Source of the DNA: Nitrospirota bacterium
Lineage (GTDB): Bacteria; Nitrospirota; Nitrospiria; Nitrospirales; Nitrospiraceae
Reading direction: 5' to 3'
Assembly (NCBI GenBank): GCA_963703955.1
Contig: CAVPGK010000013.1
Span: forward strand, 96,001-160,000
Length of the DNA stretch: 64,000 nucleotides
The notes below the pieces were generated by a model. That model did no database searches. It was not told the origin of the DNA and saw only the letters and a program-made list of their open reading frames with translations. Below are positions 18,630 through 28,252 of this stretch, one piece after another (positions within the stretch are counted from its first letter, which is position 1; every line of letters starts with the position of its first letter). The position numbers and the translations under genes are program-made.

Positions 18630-19805
18630 TCAGGGTTTGTCGATCGTCTGACTTTGTCCTCGCTCACCCTCGGGCTCAGTGGCGGTTGCGACGAGCACGG
18701 ATTCGCGCAGCTTGAAGGACCCCGAAGCGGCCACCCGCTCTCCGGAGGACAGCCCGGCGTGGATCACGACCTCGTCGCCGATCATCGCGCCGCTCTCGAC
18801 CTGCCGCACGTGCGCGCGAATCCGGCCGTCCTTGTCCGGCGTGATCACGAAGACCTGGTCGCCGCCTGGGCCCTTACGCAGCGCACTCACGGGGACGGCG
18901 ACGGCCTTGCGCGGCGGTCCGACTGGAACCCTGATACGCACTGAGGCGCCCGGGGCCGGCGCGGTGGCAGCCCCCTCGATCCTGGCGCGCACCATGGCAT
19001 TGCGGGTTGCGGGGTCGATGCGCGCGTCGAGCGCGACGATCGTGGCGGCGATCGGGGAGGATTCGCCGGCGACGAACACATCGACGCTCTCGCCCTCCCG
19101 CAGACCCGCGGCGACCTGCTGGGCGACCGTAAAGTCCACGTGCACGGCGTCGTCGACTCCTTGCAGCGTCGTAAGCTGAGTGCCTTCGTTGAGGTACTGG
19201 CCAGGGTGCACGTCCGCGATACCCACGCGTGCGCGGAAAGGCGACCGGATCATCTTGCGGGCGATGATCGCTTTGGTGCGTGCGATCTGAGCCAGCGCGA
19301 CATCGCGGTCTGCGCGTGCACGATCCACCTCTTCCTCGGCCGTGGCAAGATCCTGGCTCAAGGCCCGCCTGCGGTCGAGCACCGTCTTCGCGAGGACGGC
19401 CTGCGCCTCCTGCGCCTTCAGCTCGGCCTCCTCGACGGATACGTCGAGCGCAACGAGTACCGTGCCTGCCTCGACGACTTGGCCGGGCGTGAGCCTGACC
19501 TGGCGGACGGTCCCGGGGAGCTCGTTGCGCAGGGTGATCGAACGCAGCGCCAGGACGGTCCCGATCGACGTGGTGGTCTGGCGGTGCTCGACCTCCTTCG
19601 CGACGGCGATCATCACCGACTCCATCGGCTCGGGCTGTTTCGCGGAGGCCGCGTAATTTTCCTGGATGGACTCGTACTTCCACGCAGCCAGGCCAAGACC
19701 AACCGCGACAACCATGACGACCAGCAGAGAGGATCCGATCCAGCCACGTCGATGCATGAGCGACACCCTCCCAAGCGTTTGCCGATAAGGCAGGTGATTC
19801 GACAA
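18630..19805 (-). CDS. RND efflux periplasmic adaptor (MFP)
   Basis: N-terminal TM, lipoyl half-motifs (GQVVEAGTVLVALD; IRSPF), directly upstream of the permease. Confidence 0.93.
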   Translation of the reverse strand: MSNHLPYRQTLGRVSLMHRRGWIGSSLLVVMVVAVGLGLAAWKYESIQENYAASAKQPEPMESVMIAVAKEVEHRQTTTSIGTVLALRSITLRNELPGTVRQVRLTPGQVVEAGTVLVALDVSVEEAELKAQEAQAVLAKTVLDRRRALSQDLATAEEEVDRARADRDVALAQIARTKAIIARKMIRSPFRARVGIADVHPGQYLNEGTQLTTLQGVDDAVHVDFTVAQQVAAGLREGESVDVFVAGESSPIAATIVALDARIDPATRNAMVRARIEGAATAPAPGASVRIRVPVGPPRKAVAVPVSALRKGPGGDQVFVITPDKDGRIRAHVRQVESGAMIGDEVVIHAGLSSGERVAASGSFKLRESVLVATATEPEGERGQSQTIDKP

Positions 19806-20417
19806 CTCGATGGTTCCGTTTCAAGCTGGAAAGCAGGGACCGTTCCAGACCGCCGGAAGTGACGATGGGCAGCGTAACTGCTCAGACTAAAAGGGATAAG
19901 CGACTAGAAGTCGTGGCTCTCAGATGCAATCGAACGGAGTGATGCCGAAGGCTTTCCCGCCGAGCCATCGGCGCGGTGCCGAAACCTCGGCGCTACTGCG
20001 GGCGAGATAGTCGTTTCCGCATCTTGGATTGACGGGGCATGGGCTTAGTTTTTCGCTTGCCGTCGTTTCTTCCTGTTTAGCCCCACCATGTTGGGGCTAT
20101 TCGATCATGCCGATGCCGCGGGCCATGAGCGGAGCACAGAGAATCATTCATGGTGGACTATCATAGACCGTCGTAAGTTTCGTCAAATGTCATGACATAT
20201 GACGGAATAGTCGTCATAACAAAATAGACGATCGCATATGCAAATGATCTGGCATGAGCGCATCGGCGATCTTCGTCAGGCGGTTATACGTGGATTCGTA
20301 CTGAAGACGCACGTCATGTTGGCCCATAAGGAATTCGTAGCTTTCAAAGCCATTCAGAGGATCTTTAATTAGGACAACAGCATAGCGCATTCTTGCGAGT
20401 CGCCCAATTTTTTATTG

Positions 20418-20455
20418 TTGACAGGCCTTCGGCTGGTGTGTAACCATCGGATACA
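20418..20455 (+). promoter_or_regulatory. Sigma70 promoter with overlapping palindrome TGTAACC-ATC-GGATACA; probable autoregulated leaderless transcript
   Basis: TTGACA at 20418-20423; imperfect inverted repeat 20439-20455 reaches the ATG; no RBS visible. Confidence 0.55.
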
Positions 20456-21003
20456 TGCGACCGCTTGATCTGAAAAAGGCTCGCGAAGCGCTCGGTCTCA
20501 CACAACAGCAGCTCGCTGAGCAGCTACGAACCACCCGCATGACCGTAACTCGTTATGAGTGCGGGACACGGCGTATCCCTGGACTTGTCGAAGTGGCGAT
20601 CAACCAACTCAGCAATTCATCTCTGATACAAATGGCCGGGATCGTCGCTGCGGGAATGCCGATTGAGCCACTTCCCCAGAGCGAAGTAGTCGAAGTACCA
20701 CGATCGATGTTGAGCCGAGGACCCGGCGGACATTTCGCCTTGAGAGTCAGGGGCAACTCCATGCGGGACGAAGGCATCCTTCCGGGTGATCTCGTTGTCG
20801 TTCATAAACAGGTCTTAGCCCGAAATGGGCAAACGGTGATTGCCGTCGTGAATCAGGAAGCCACGATCAAGAAATACTATCGCAGAGGAGAGCGTATTGA
20901 GCTGGTCCCCGCGAACGCGACAATGCGACCAATCGTTGTGAAGCCTCATGATGATTTCCGCATTGAGGGCGTGGTGGTAGGGGTTATGCGCCATTTGCGG
21001 TAG
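20455..21003 (+). CDS. XRE-HTH plus S24 peptidase (LexA-like) repressor
   Basis: LGLTQQQLAEQL..VTRYECG HTH; VAAG cleavage site, GNSM Ser and TIKK Lys. Confidence 0.88.
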   Translation: MRPLDLKKAREALGLTQQQLAEQLRTTRMTVTRYECGTRRIPGLVEVAINQLSNSSLIQMAGIVAAGMPIEPLPQSEVVEVPRSMLSRGPGGHFALRVRGNSMRDEGILPGDLVVVHKQVLARNGQTVIAVVNQEATIKKYYRRGERIELVPANATMRPIVVKPHDDFRIEGVVVGVMRHLR

Positions 21004-21071
21004 CTATGCTATGACGAAGGATCAGATGGAGCCGGGTCGTTCCTGTTCGGGCGCTCAGTAATTTTCTGGAC

Positions 21072-21365
21072 GTGCCCGCGGGGACGGTGGGAAAGATTGA
21101 TGACCGTCAACCACCGGGGTTGCCTTCTGACCCGTGGCGGTTCTCAATCGAATGGTTCCCTCCCGATCGTTCTAAGAGGAAGGGCGGAAGAGTGTGGAGT
21201 TTCGGGCTGATGCTGGACGACTTACCACGGCTGGAGTTGATCGATGAGACGGAATTCAGGCGCGTCCTGTACAGTGTTACACCCAACGAGAACCACCATG
21301 AGACAACGGTTCCTGCTTCCCCGCAAACCGTCCTACCATTCGATGCGCCAGAGTCGATAGAATAA
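21072..21365 (+). CDS. Hypothetical protein (start uncertain)
   Basis: ORF fills the gap between the LexA-like gene and DUF72 and ends 3 bp before the DUF72 start. Confidence 0.45.
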   Translation: MPAGTVGKIDDRQPPGLPSDPWRFSIEWFPPDRSKRKGGRVWSFGLMLDDLPRLELIDETEFRRVLYSVTPNENHHETTVPASPQTVLPFDAPESIE

Positions 21366-21368
21366 GGC

Positions 21369-22232
21369 ATGGAACCGAAGCCCGACCTGTTCAGCAGCAC
21401 CAATGCTGACGTCGCAGAGGAATGGCCTTCTATTCGAATCGGCACGAGTGGGTATTCCTACGACGATTGGCACCCTGCGTTTTATCCTTCAACTCTGAGG
21501 CCCAACCGTAGGCTCGAATACTATGCGACGCATTTCAATACCGTGGAAATCAATCACACCTTCTACCGACTTCCTGCCTTGCCTGCTGTGTACGGCATGC
21601 TGGGGAAAGTCGGCGATGGGTTCACTTTCTTTGTGAAAGCACACCGTGATCTCACGCATGTCACACGGAATGCTGCTGAGACGTTGCCACGGTTCCAAGA
21701 GATGTTGAAAGCGTACCAGCAGGAGAAGAAGCTTGCAGGTGTGCTCTTACAGTTCCCTGCCAACTTTGAGTATACAGGGAAGAACGAGGATTATCTTCGG
21801 TGGGTCGTTGAATCACTAAACGACGTTCGAACCGTCGTAGAGTTTCGGCACGTGCGGTGGATCAAAGACAAGACCATGGACCTCTTGAGAGAATTGAATG
21901 CCGCGTACTGCATCGTTGACATGCCACAGGTCCGGGGATTCCCTCCCAGTCGAGTCGAGGCGACGGCAGACATCGCGTACTTCAGGTTTCACGGTCAAAA
22001 CCGGGAGAAGTGGGCAGAAGCGGCAACACGGGACGAACGCTATGATTATTCCTATACTGATGACGAGTTGAAAGAATGGGCGGAGTCGATCATCACCCTC
22101 TCGTACAAGGTCAAGCAGGAGTACGTGTACTTCAACAATCACTACCAAGGCGCGGCCGCGAAGAATGCACACACCCTTGAAGGATTTCTAAAGTCGTATG
22201 TCAAAGGCTCAGGAATTTCTCGGGTCCGGTGA
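21369..22232 (+). CDS. DUF72-domain protein (YecE/YunF)
   Basis: IRIGTSGYSYDDW, FNTVEINHTFY, LLQFP, VEFRH, YFRFHG, YFNNH. Confidence 0.93.
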   Translation: MEPKPDLFSSTNADVAEEWPSIRIGTSGYSYDDWHPAFYPSTLRPNRRLEYYATHFNTVEINHTFYRLPALPAVYGMLGKVGDGFTFFVKAHRDLTHVTRNAAETLPRFQEMLKAYQQEKKLAGVLLQFPANFEYTGKNEDYLRWVVESLNDVRTVVEFRHVRWIKDKTMDLLRELNAAYCIVDMPQVRGFPPSRVEATADIAYFRFHGQNREKWAEAATRDERYDYSYTDDELKEWAESIITLSYKVKQEYVYFNNHYQGAAAKNAHTLEGFLKSYVKGSGISRVR

Positions 22233-22953
22233 TACCTTCCCGAAAGCGAACCCACGCTAGCTAGGATGTCGTCACCTGTCATGGGACGCCGTCAATGTGC
22301 TTTGCAGCTGGGATGCCCACATGGGCACTTTGCTCCTGCGCCTGCTTTAGCCGATGCGCATCTGTCGCTGCAATACGCCTTATCCGCGGCAACCTGACAA
22401 GAACATGCCGAGTGACCGCATTTCTTCGTTGCCATGATCATGCCTCCGTGCCTGGTGGGTCAGATGGGACACATTTCAGACCCATCGTAGCACAGAGCAG
22501 AACGGGCGAATACAGCCATGGGCGAGGCGTTCTATTGCGAAGGCAGTGTTTGTGATCTGCCCCGCATGAACAAGGCGATGACGTAGACCACCGTATAGTA
22601 GACGTAGTGCATGTGGTCTTCCTCCTCCGTTGAGTATGCCGTGAGTCACTGCATTGCCTTCCTCTGCAGCAGTCATTGACTGGCTTTGACAGGATACCGC
22701 CTGGCGCGGGAGCCGCCTATTCTTCAGAAGGCACGCGGCCGCTCTGAAAGGACTACCTCAACCCCGCACCGCACAATGCGACTGTTGATGAAGCGATTCT
22801 CCTTTCGGAGCATTGTGCGGCGTGTTCGATCGGGCGTAAGTAGCTCTCCACATCTCAACGTTCCACCGGCAATAGGGAGGTGGCCCATGAGTCTCACTCT
22901 CCGACGTTGGACAACTTGGCTGATGCCAAGCATACATGCGGTACCCAGAGCGG

Positions 22954-23086
22954 AGCACACGGGGACAGGCCTCTTGTGGGTGACCGGTCTCCTGATCTCA
23001 GTGGCCTTTCTGTGGCCCTTCGTTTTTATTGGGTTTTTGGTGACGTTTTACTGGCCACGTCTGTGGTAGGAAAGGATCGCGGGGTC
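22954..23086 (+). repeat. ~132-bp direct repeat, copy 1 (encodes a TM segment ending FYWPRLW*)
   Basis: Near-identical to 24125-24256. Confidence 0.9.
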
Positions 23087-23246
23087 GTCAGATAGGCGGA
23101 GGAATTAAGGCATGGCTCGCTTCTTGACCGGCTTAGATAAACAGGTATTGGGATCTATTACTGTTGCTCGATAAGCATCCCGTCCAGCAACGAGACGTGT
23201 GAACGCGACTTCCGCACTGATCACAATCCGGACCTTCGTCCCGCTG

Positions 23247-23786
23247 TTATCGAATCTTTTTCAAAGGCACCTCACCGGCGAAAGAGACCTTGGCGAGGAC
23301 GGGATGATCGGCCATGGCGGCCTGGAGTGCCTGTAGCATGGTCACCGGCGTGGTGTCGTCGGACCCAACTAAGGTTGCGTACTTCTCCTGGACCAGAGCA
23401 AAGAAGTCCGGCTGTGCGTCCTCCGGTACCCCCAGCAACGTGGCCAGGGACGCTAGATGTTCGCCTCGCCCTTGAGCCATTTCTTGTGCCAGACTCTCGA
23501 ACGCGTGGCTCGCCAGATTGATGTGCTTGTTCTTCATGACCACGCCATCGTTCGTGCAGCCGGAGGTACCGGAAGAGATCCCAAAGGTTTGGCTGCCGAA
23601 GGTGCCGTTGGTGGTCGCCATCATGACCTGGGGCGCAATTTGTTTTGGCTTCCCGTAATCCATCCAGGCGAGTTTTCCCAGGCCACAGCCAGGGCCATTG
23701 TCCGGAATTGCGGCCGCTCCTATCGCAGCGACCTGAAACACAACCAAACAGCCTGCAAACTGCAGAATTACCCCGAGTCGAGTCAT
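23247..23786 (-). CDS. DUF3015-domain secreted protein
   Basis: GPGCGLG, ATTNGTFGSQTFGISSGTSGC, EMAQGRGEHLASLATLLG. Confidence 0.9.
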   Translation of the reverse strand: MTRLGVILQFAGCLVVFQVAAIGAAAIPDNGPGCGLGKLAWMDYGKPKQIAPQVMMATTNGTFGSQTFGISSGTSGCTNDGVVMKNKHINLASHAFESLAQEMAQGRGEHLASLATLLGVPEDAQPDFFALVQEKYATLVGSDDTTPVTMLQALQAAMADHPVLAKVSFAGEVPLKKIR

Positions 23787-24124
23787 AGCCCCTCTCCTTT
23801 GTTTCTCCAATGTATTATTCCTAGCCTCGGTTAAGCCTAGCGCACGCGTCGGGTGTGTCAAGACGAGGGACGAATGCGCGCATCTCGTCCCAGCCGTTTG
23901 TGGCTCGGCGAACTGTTCGAGATGGTTACCAGGTGGCGACCGTCATTATGATCGGTCTTGATCCTTAACGCGCTGACGCGCTAGGGGCGGAACCGGCGGC
24001 GGTCTCCTTCGCGTTCTTTCGTGTCCCGTGCGTCATGGAAACGCTCTTGATCTGTCTACCTTCTCAGAAGCCCGACGCCCCGGCGTTGGACAACTCCCAA
24101 CCATGCATCCGGTCTCCAGACCAC

Positions 24125-24256
24125 AGCACACGGGACAGGCCTCTTGTGGGTGACCGGTCTCCTGATCTCAGTGGCCTTTCTGTGGCCCTTCGTTTTTATT
24201 GGGTTGTTGGTGACGTTTTACTGGCCACGTCTGTGGTAGGAAAGGATCGCGGGGTC
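24125..24256 (+). repeat. ~132-bp direct repeat, copy 2
   Basis: Near-identical to 22954-23086. Confidence 0.9.
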
Positions 24257-24279
24257 ACCGAGGGATCATCTGTATCGGT

Positions 24280-24561
24280 TCACCTTCTTCCCCTTTCGCG
24301 CCGGGAAATGGGCTTCAGCGTCTTGATTCTCCCGCCCCGGAGACCGCGCAACTTTGGGGTCGTCCTCGACGAAGACAGCCTGTCGGCCTGGTCTGAAGGC
24401 GAGGTGTTCGCTGTGTCGGCCACCGATAGGAGTAGCTGAGCCTGAGTAATGGCTTCGTTAAGAGCTTGGCGTTCTCTCTCAATCCGTTTGTGATGCGCAG
24501 CCTTCGCTTCGAATTGCGCTGCGGCTTTTAGAAGCGCTCGCAATGTGTCGTCCATTTTCAT
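24280..24561 (-). CDS. Hypothetical protein
   Basis: 93-aa ORF with RBS GAGGTG; helical N-terminus. Confidence 0.5.
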   Translation of the reverse strand: MKMDDTLRALLKAAAQFEAKAAHHKRIERERQALNEAITQAQLLLSVADTANTSPSDQADRLSSSRTTPKLRGLRGGRIKTLKPISRRERGRR

Positions 24562-24590
24562 CGCTCACCTCGGTCGAGACAGCGTAGCCT
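24523..24590 (+). repeat. ~68-bp imperfect direct repeat; second copy at 25461-25528
   Basis: GGCTTTTAGAAxCGCTCGCAATGTGTC..TCATCGCTCACCTCGGTCGAGACAGCxTAGCCT at both positions. Confidence 0.85.
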
Positions 24591-24662
24591 TTCTCGCAGA
24601 ATATAACCGTTGGCCGTATTCGGCCAACAGGGTTGCCATGGATGATTGGTCACCCTCCGTTC

Positions 24663-24974
24663 CTACCCTCCTTGCAAATAAGTAAGATATCGATGCAGCC
24701 GCTCCTGTTCTTGTGTCTGAACCGCGAGAAAGGCCACACCGAAGTCTTTTCCATGTGACCAACGGACCGCTGCGGAATTGATCTGAAGTGGCGTGGGATC
24801 ATCGGGGAGAAATACGCGTAACAAGAGGTAATCCCCTGGATGTCCCGGATTGTCACTTTCCATTTGGCAGCCACCCATGGACAGATTCCGTAAGGTCCCT
24901 TCTCGTTGTCCGGCAAACCCGACACGCGCTTGTACGGGAAGGCGCGGAGATTTGCGTCTGTTATCCACGTCCAT
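24663..24974 (-). CDS. PilZ-domain protein
   Basis: RRKSPR (RxxxR) and NLSMGG (D/NxSxxG) motifs; VRW..FGVAF. Confidence 0.88.
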   Translation of the reverse strand: MDVDNRRKSPRLPVQARVGFAGQREGTLRNLSMGGCQMESDNPGHPGDYLLLRVFLPDDPTPLQINSAAVRWSHGKDFGVAFLAVQTQEQERLHRYLTYLQGG

Positions 24975-25117
24975 TTCCTCCTAATTCTGTGCCGGCGATG
25001 CGCCTGAGACCGAACCTGATTAGGCGATCCGTGGGGGAGTAACACGCTTCCATACCAGACCAGTCTTTGACGAAACGGATTGAACCACCGTCCTGCACGC
25101 GAGGATCCCGCTTCGGC

Positions 25118-25390
25118 TTATTTACATGAGTCCTTCAAGACAACGAGATTGCTGCTGGGGCTAGTGCCGGCCACAACAATGTAAGAGTAGATCAAGTTCC
25201 TGCGCTCTCGATCACAATAGACGTTAAAGACGGAATTATTTCCCTCCCTGTGCGTTCCAATGGGCTGGAAAAGCTTGAGGTCGGCCGTTTTCTCTTCAGC
25301 CGTCGCAGCTGACATCAATTTGGTCGTCAGGATTCCCATGATAATTCCTAGGATCAAGGCGAAAGTCAGACCAAGATTTCTTCCATCCAT
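25118..25390 (-). CDS. Small secreted or membrane-anchored hypothetical protein
   Basis: RBS AAGGAG, N-terminal hydrophobic helix, two Cys. Confidence 0.6.
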   Translation of the reverse strand: MDGRNLGLTFALILGIIMGILTTKLMSAATAEEKTADLKLFQPIGTHREGNNSVFNVYCDRERRNLIYSYIVVAGTSPSSNLVVLKDSCK

Positions 25391-25657
25391 GGATAACTCC
25401 TTTCTGTATCTATCGTTGGCGCTGATCCCCGCGTTCGCGCTTTAGATACTATTGCACCGGGGCTTTTAGAAACGCTCGCAATGTGTCAACCATCTTCATC
25501 GCTCACCTCGGTCGAGACAGCATAGCCTATTCAGATACCTTATCCCAACCGCTACTCCTGATTTTCGGTATTGTGGCATCTGTTTTGTCTCAGAACATCA
25601 TGATGGAGAGAGACGAACAGAGAACAGTCGGGGTAAGCGCTGGGCGTCCGTCGGAGG

Positions 25658-26251
25658 TTACTTGCTGGGCTGAATATTGTGAAGATCGAATCGAACGTAA
25701 GAGGCGCGCTGCTTCTCCTTCTTTGAAAAGCAGACGCCGTTGCCCAAAATGTTTTCCCTTTCTAATTCCAAGCTCCATTCGAGAACGAGGGTTCGCACAC
25801 AATCCACAATCGCGTATACACGCGACTGATGAACAACGAGAGCGGGGGTCATGCCACTAGGAACATACGCGGCGTCTAATTGTTTTACACCGTTGGAAGG
25901 ATACGGAATATAAAGGAGATCTTGTGCGCGATACTTCTCAAGCAAATGCTCGATCTGTGCTACAGGTTGAGTGAAATATTTCCAGGACACGGTTTCAGCG
26001 GTCTGTGTGTCAGGAAATGTCAATGGGATCCATCCCTTGACAGGATCACGGGTCTTCATCTCTCCCTTGACATGTCGGTACTCCGGTATCACTTCTTCAG
26101 GTTTATACCCGTGCAGTTCCTTCTGAATCCACTCACGGCATTCCCCGGCATTGAGTTTGGTTGCAATAACCAACGCCTTGCGAAGCACATCGGTAAGTCT
26201 TGATTCGGTAGTCATGACATCCTGCTGAAGCTCCAACACCAAGGACGACAT
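25658..26251 (-). CDS. AbiTii-domain protein
   Basis: LVLELQQD..LRKALVIATKL..WIQKELHGY..PEYR..GWIP and LEWSLELERENILG pattern. Confidence 0.75.
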   Translation of the reverse strand: MSSLVLELQQDVMTTESRLTDVLRKALVIATKLNAGECREWIQKELHGYKPEEVIPEYRHVKGEMKTRDPVKGWIPLTFPDTQTAETVSWKYFTQPVAQIEHLLEKYRAQDLLYIPYPSNGVKQLDAAYVPSGMTPALVVHQSRVYAIVDCVRTLVLEWSLELERENILGNGVCFSKKEKQRASYVRFDLHNIQPSK

Positions 26252-26705
26252 AAAAGATCTTTTTCCTAGGGTAGGCATTGTCTACGAATGAGGGTACAAC
26301 ATCCCCGCCTCTAAAAAAATACGGCGAGTTGTCTGAGACTTCGATCAGAAAAGGATAGCAGTTGATGGTAAGGCGTCAATCCGGGTCGCTGAATAGTCGG
26401 TACAAAGGGAAGTGATGGCGCTCAGACACCCGAGCTACTTAGCCATAGCGACGCCCGGGCTTAAGTCCTAAGGCAACCTTGCGCTCGTCGCAACGCAAAT
26501 TACACCCATCAGAAGCCGAATCCATCAGTTGAGCCCGAATCCAGTATAGGGTTCTCGTTCTCGCCCATCCTCGCGGCCTGGATTTAGGGCAAAAGTCTGG
26601 CATTCACCTACATCAAAAAAACAGTTTCACTGACAGCCGAATGCACGCGAGCCCTCGTATGTTATATGAGGGTTTCCATACCCCTCGAACGCCTTCTCCC
26701 TGTCC

Positions 26706-28064
26706 ATGGCGACTGATCCAAAACGCATGGCAAGCAGAATATTCTCTGGCCAAGTAGAACTCCTCTACAAGGGGGCGTTCGAGGCCTATCTCGCTACAAT
26801 TGTCAACGCCACCATTCTCGCTTATGTCCAAAGTCCTGTTATTAGAGCGTCAACCGTTATTTCTTGGTTAGTTTATGTGCTTGTCGTTACCGCCGCACGA
26901 GCCGCTTTGGTATACCGCTATTGGCATTCTCCAGATCGTATCAACAATAGCGGTCAATGGAACCTGGTCTATATCGCGGGAGTAGTCTTGGCAGGGATGG
27001 GATGGGGCCTAGGTGGGCTTCTGCTGTATCCACCCGAGGATATTTTTCATCAGGTCTTCTTGGTCTTCATGCTTGGGGGGATGGCAGCGGGAGCAGTGGG
27101 TGTCTTGGCCTCCCGCATGGAAGCCTTTCTGTCCTTTGTTGTGCCTACACTTCTGCCAGTGATGATTCTCTTATTCATGCAGCACGATAGTGCGCATGCC
27201 ACTATGGGCGTCATGGTCTTAATCTATCTGTTGGGTCTACTATGGACTGCCAAGCGCCTGCATCGGTCCATCGCCTATTCCTTGCATCTTGGAACCGAGA
27301 ATGCGGACCTCGTCAGCAACCTCCAGATTGCCAACGAACAGCTACAGAGTCTCAGTCAACTGAAGTCCTCCTTTGTGTCGACAGTGGCTCATGAATTGCG
27401 GACGCCGCTCACTTCAATCAAGGGCTATGTAGAGAATGTGCTCGATGGATTCTACGGGGCTTTAAATCAGCAGCAGGTCTATCATCTGGAGCGGGTCGCA
27501 TACAACGTTGATCGCTTTGCACGACTCATCAACGATCTCCTGGATCTGTCGCGAATCGAGGCGGGCCGCGTCGAATTGAATAGAAGCCCTGTCCTCGTTA
27601 CTCAGCTACTGGCCGATATTATGGATTTTTTTCAGCCCACGGCAGACCGCAAGGGTGTCGTGCTGCGCACAAATCACTTAGGCATGCGAATGATAGATGG
27701 CGACAGGGACAAGCTGATCCAAATCTTGACAAATCTCGTTCAGAATGCCCTGAAGTTTACATCACCTGGCGGTGAGATCCGAATAGAGATAACCGCAAGC
27801 ACCGGCGAAGGGTTTGTCCAATTCGGGATTCATGACACTGGATGCGGTATCCCGGTTGAAGAACTAGATAAGGTGTTCGATGGTTTCTATCGTGGCCGAT
27901 CCGTACCGTCTCAGCAAGGCGGGGCTGGATTAGGGTTGGCAATTACAAAAAGTCTGGTCGAATTGCACGGCGGGAAAATCTGGGCCGAGAGCCAGATAGG
28001 CCGTGGCTCTTCTTTTTTCTTCACCATCCCAACGGGAGGGGGCGGGCAGCAAGCTGATGCCTGA
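26706..28064 (+). CDS. Membrane sensor histidine kinase
   Basis: Several TM helices; HELRTPL H-box, NLVQNALKF, DTGCGI and GAGLGL. Confidence 0.93.
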   Translation: MATDPKRMASRIFSGQVELLYKGAFEAYLATIVNATILAYVQSPVIRASTVISWLVYVLVVTAARAALVYRYWHSPDRINNSGQWNLVYIAGVVLAGMGWGLGGLLLYPPEDIFHQVFLVFMLGGMAAGAVGVLASRMEAFLSFVVPTLLPVMILLFMQHDSAHATMGVMVLIYLLGLLWTAKRLHRSIAYSLHLGTENADLVSNLQIANEQLQSLSQLKSSFVSTVAHELRTPLTSIKGYVENVLDGFYGALNQQQVYHLERVAYNVDRFARLINDLLDLSRIEAGRVELNRSPVLVTQLLADIMDFFQPTADRKGVVLRTNHLGMRMIDGDRDKLIQILTNLVQNALKFTSPGGEIRIEITASTGEGFVQFGIHDTGCGIPVEELDKVFDGFYRGRSVPSQQGGAGLGLAITKSLVELHGGKIWAESQIGRGSSFFFTIPTGGGGQQADA

Positions 28065-28252
28065 GAAGGCATCCTTCCTTTCTCGTCGTTGACCACTCAC
28101 ACCTCCGTTTCCTTCCTGCCGTTTTCACGAGATTTCACAATGTACCTCGCGAGTTTTCGCAAATCGCGAGTGATCACGATTCGTTGTTTTCCGTTCTCCC
28201 ACTTTAACCCGCTGATATTTCATCGTCTCACTGGTCGCATGTGCGCGCCCAG

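Noticed and set aside
20455..21003. Canonical lexA or a prophage CI repressor
   Set aside because: The N-terminus is XRE-type rather than the LexA winged helix, and no phage genes are nearby; left without a gene symbol
26400..26560. Possible riboswitch or structured RNA upstream of the kinase; short CCATCAG..CCGAAT duplication
   Set aside because: No known aptamer consensus recognised; the repeat is short and has only two copies
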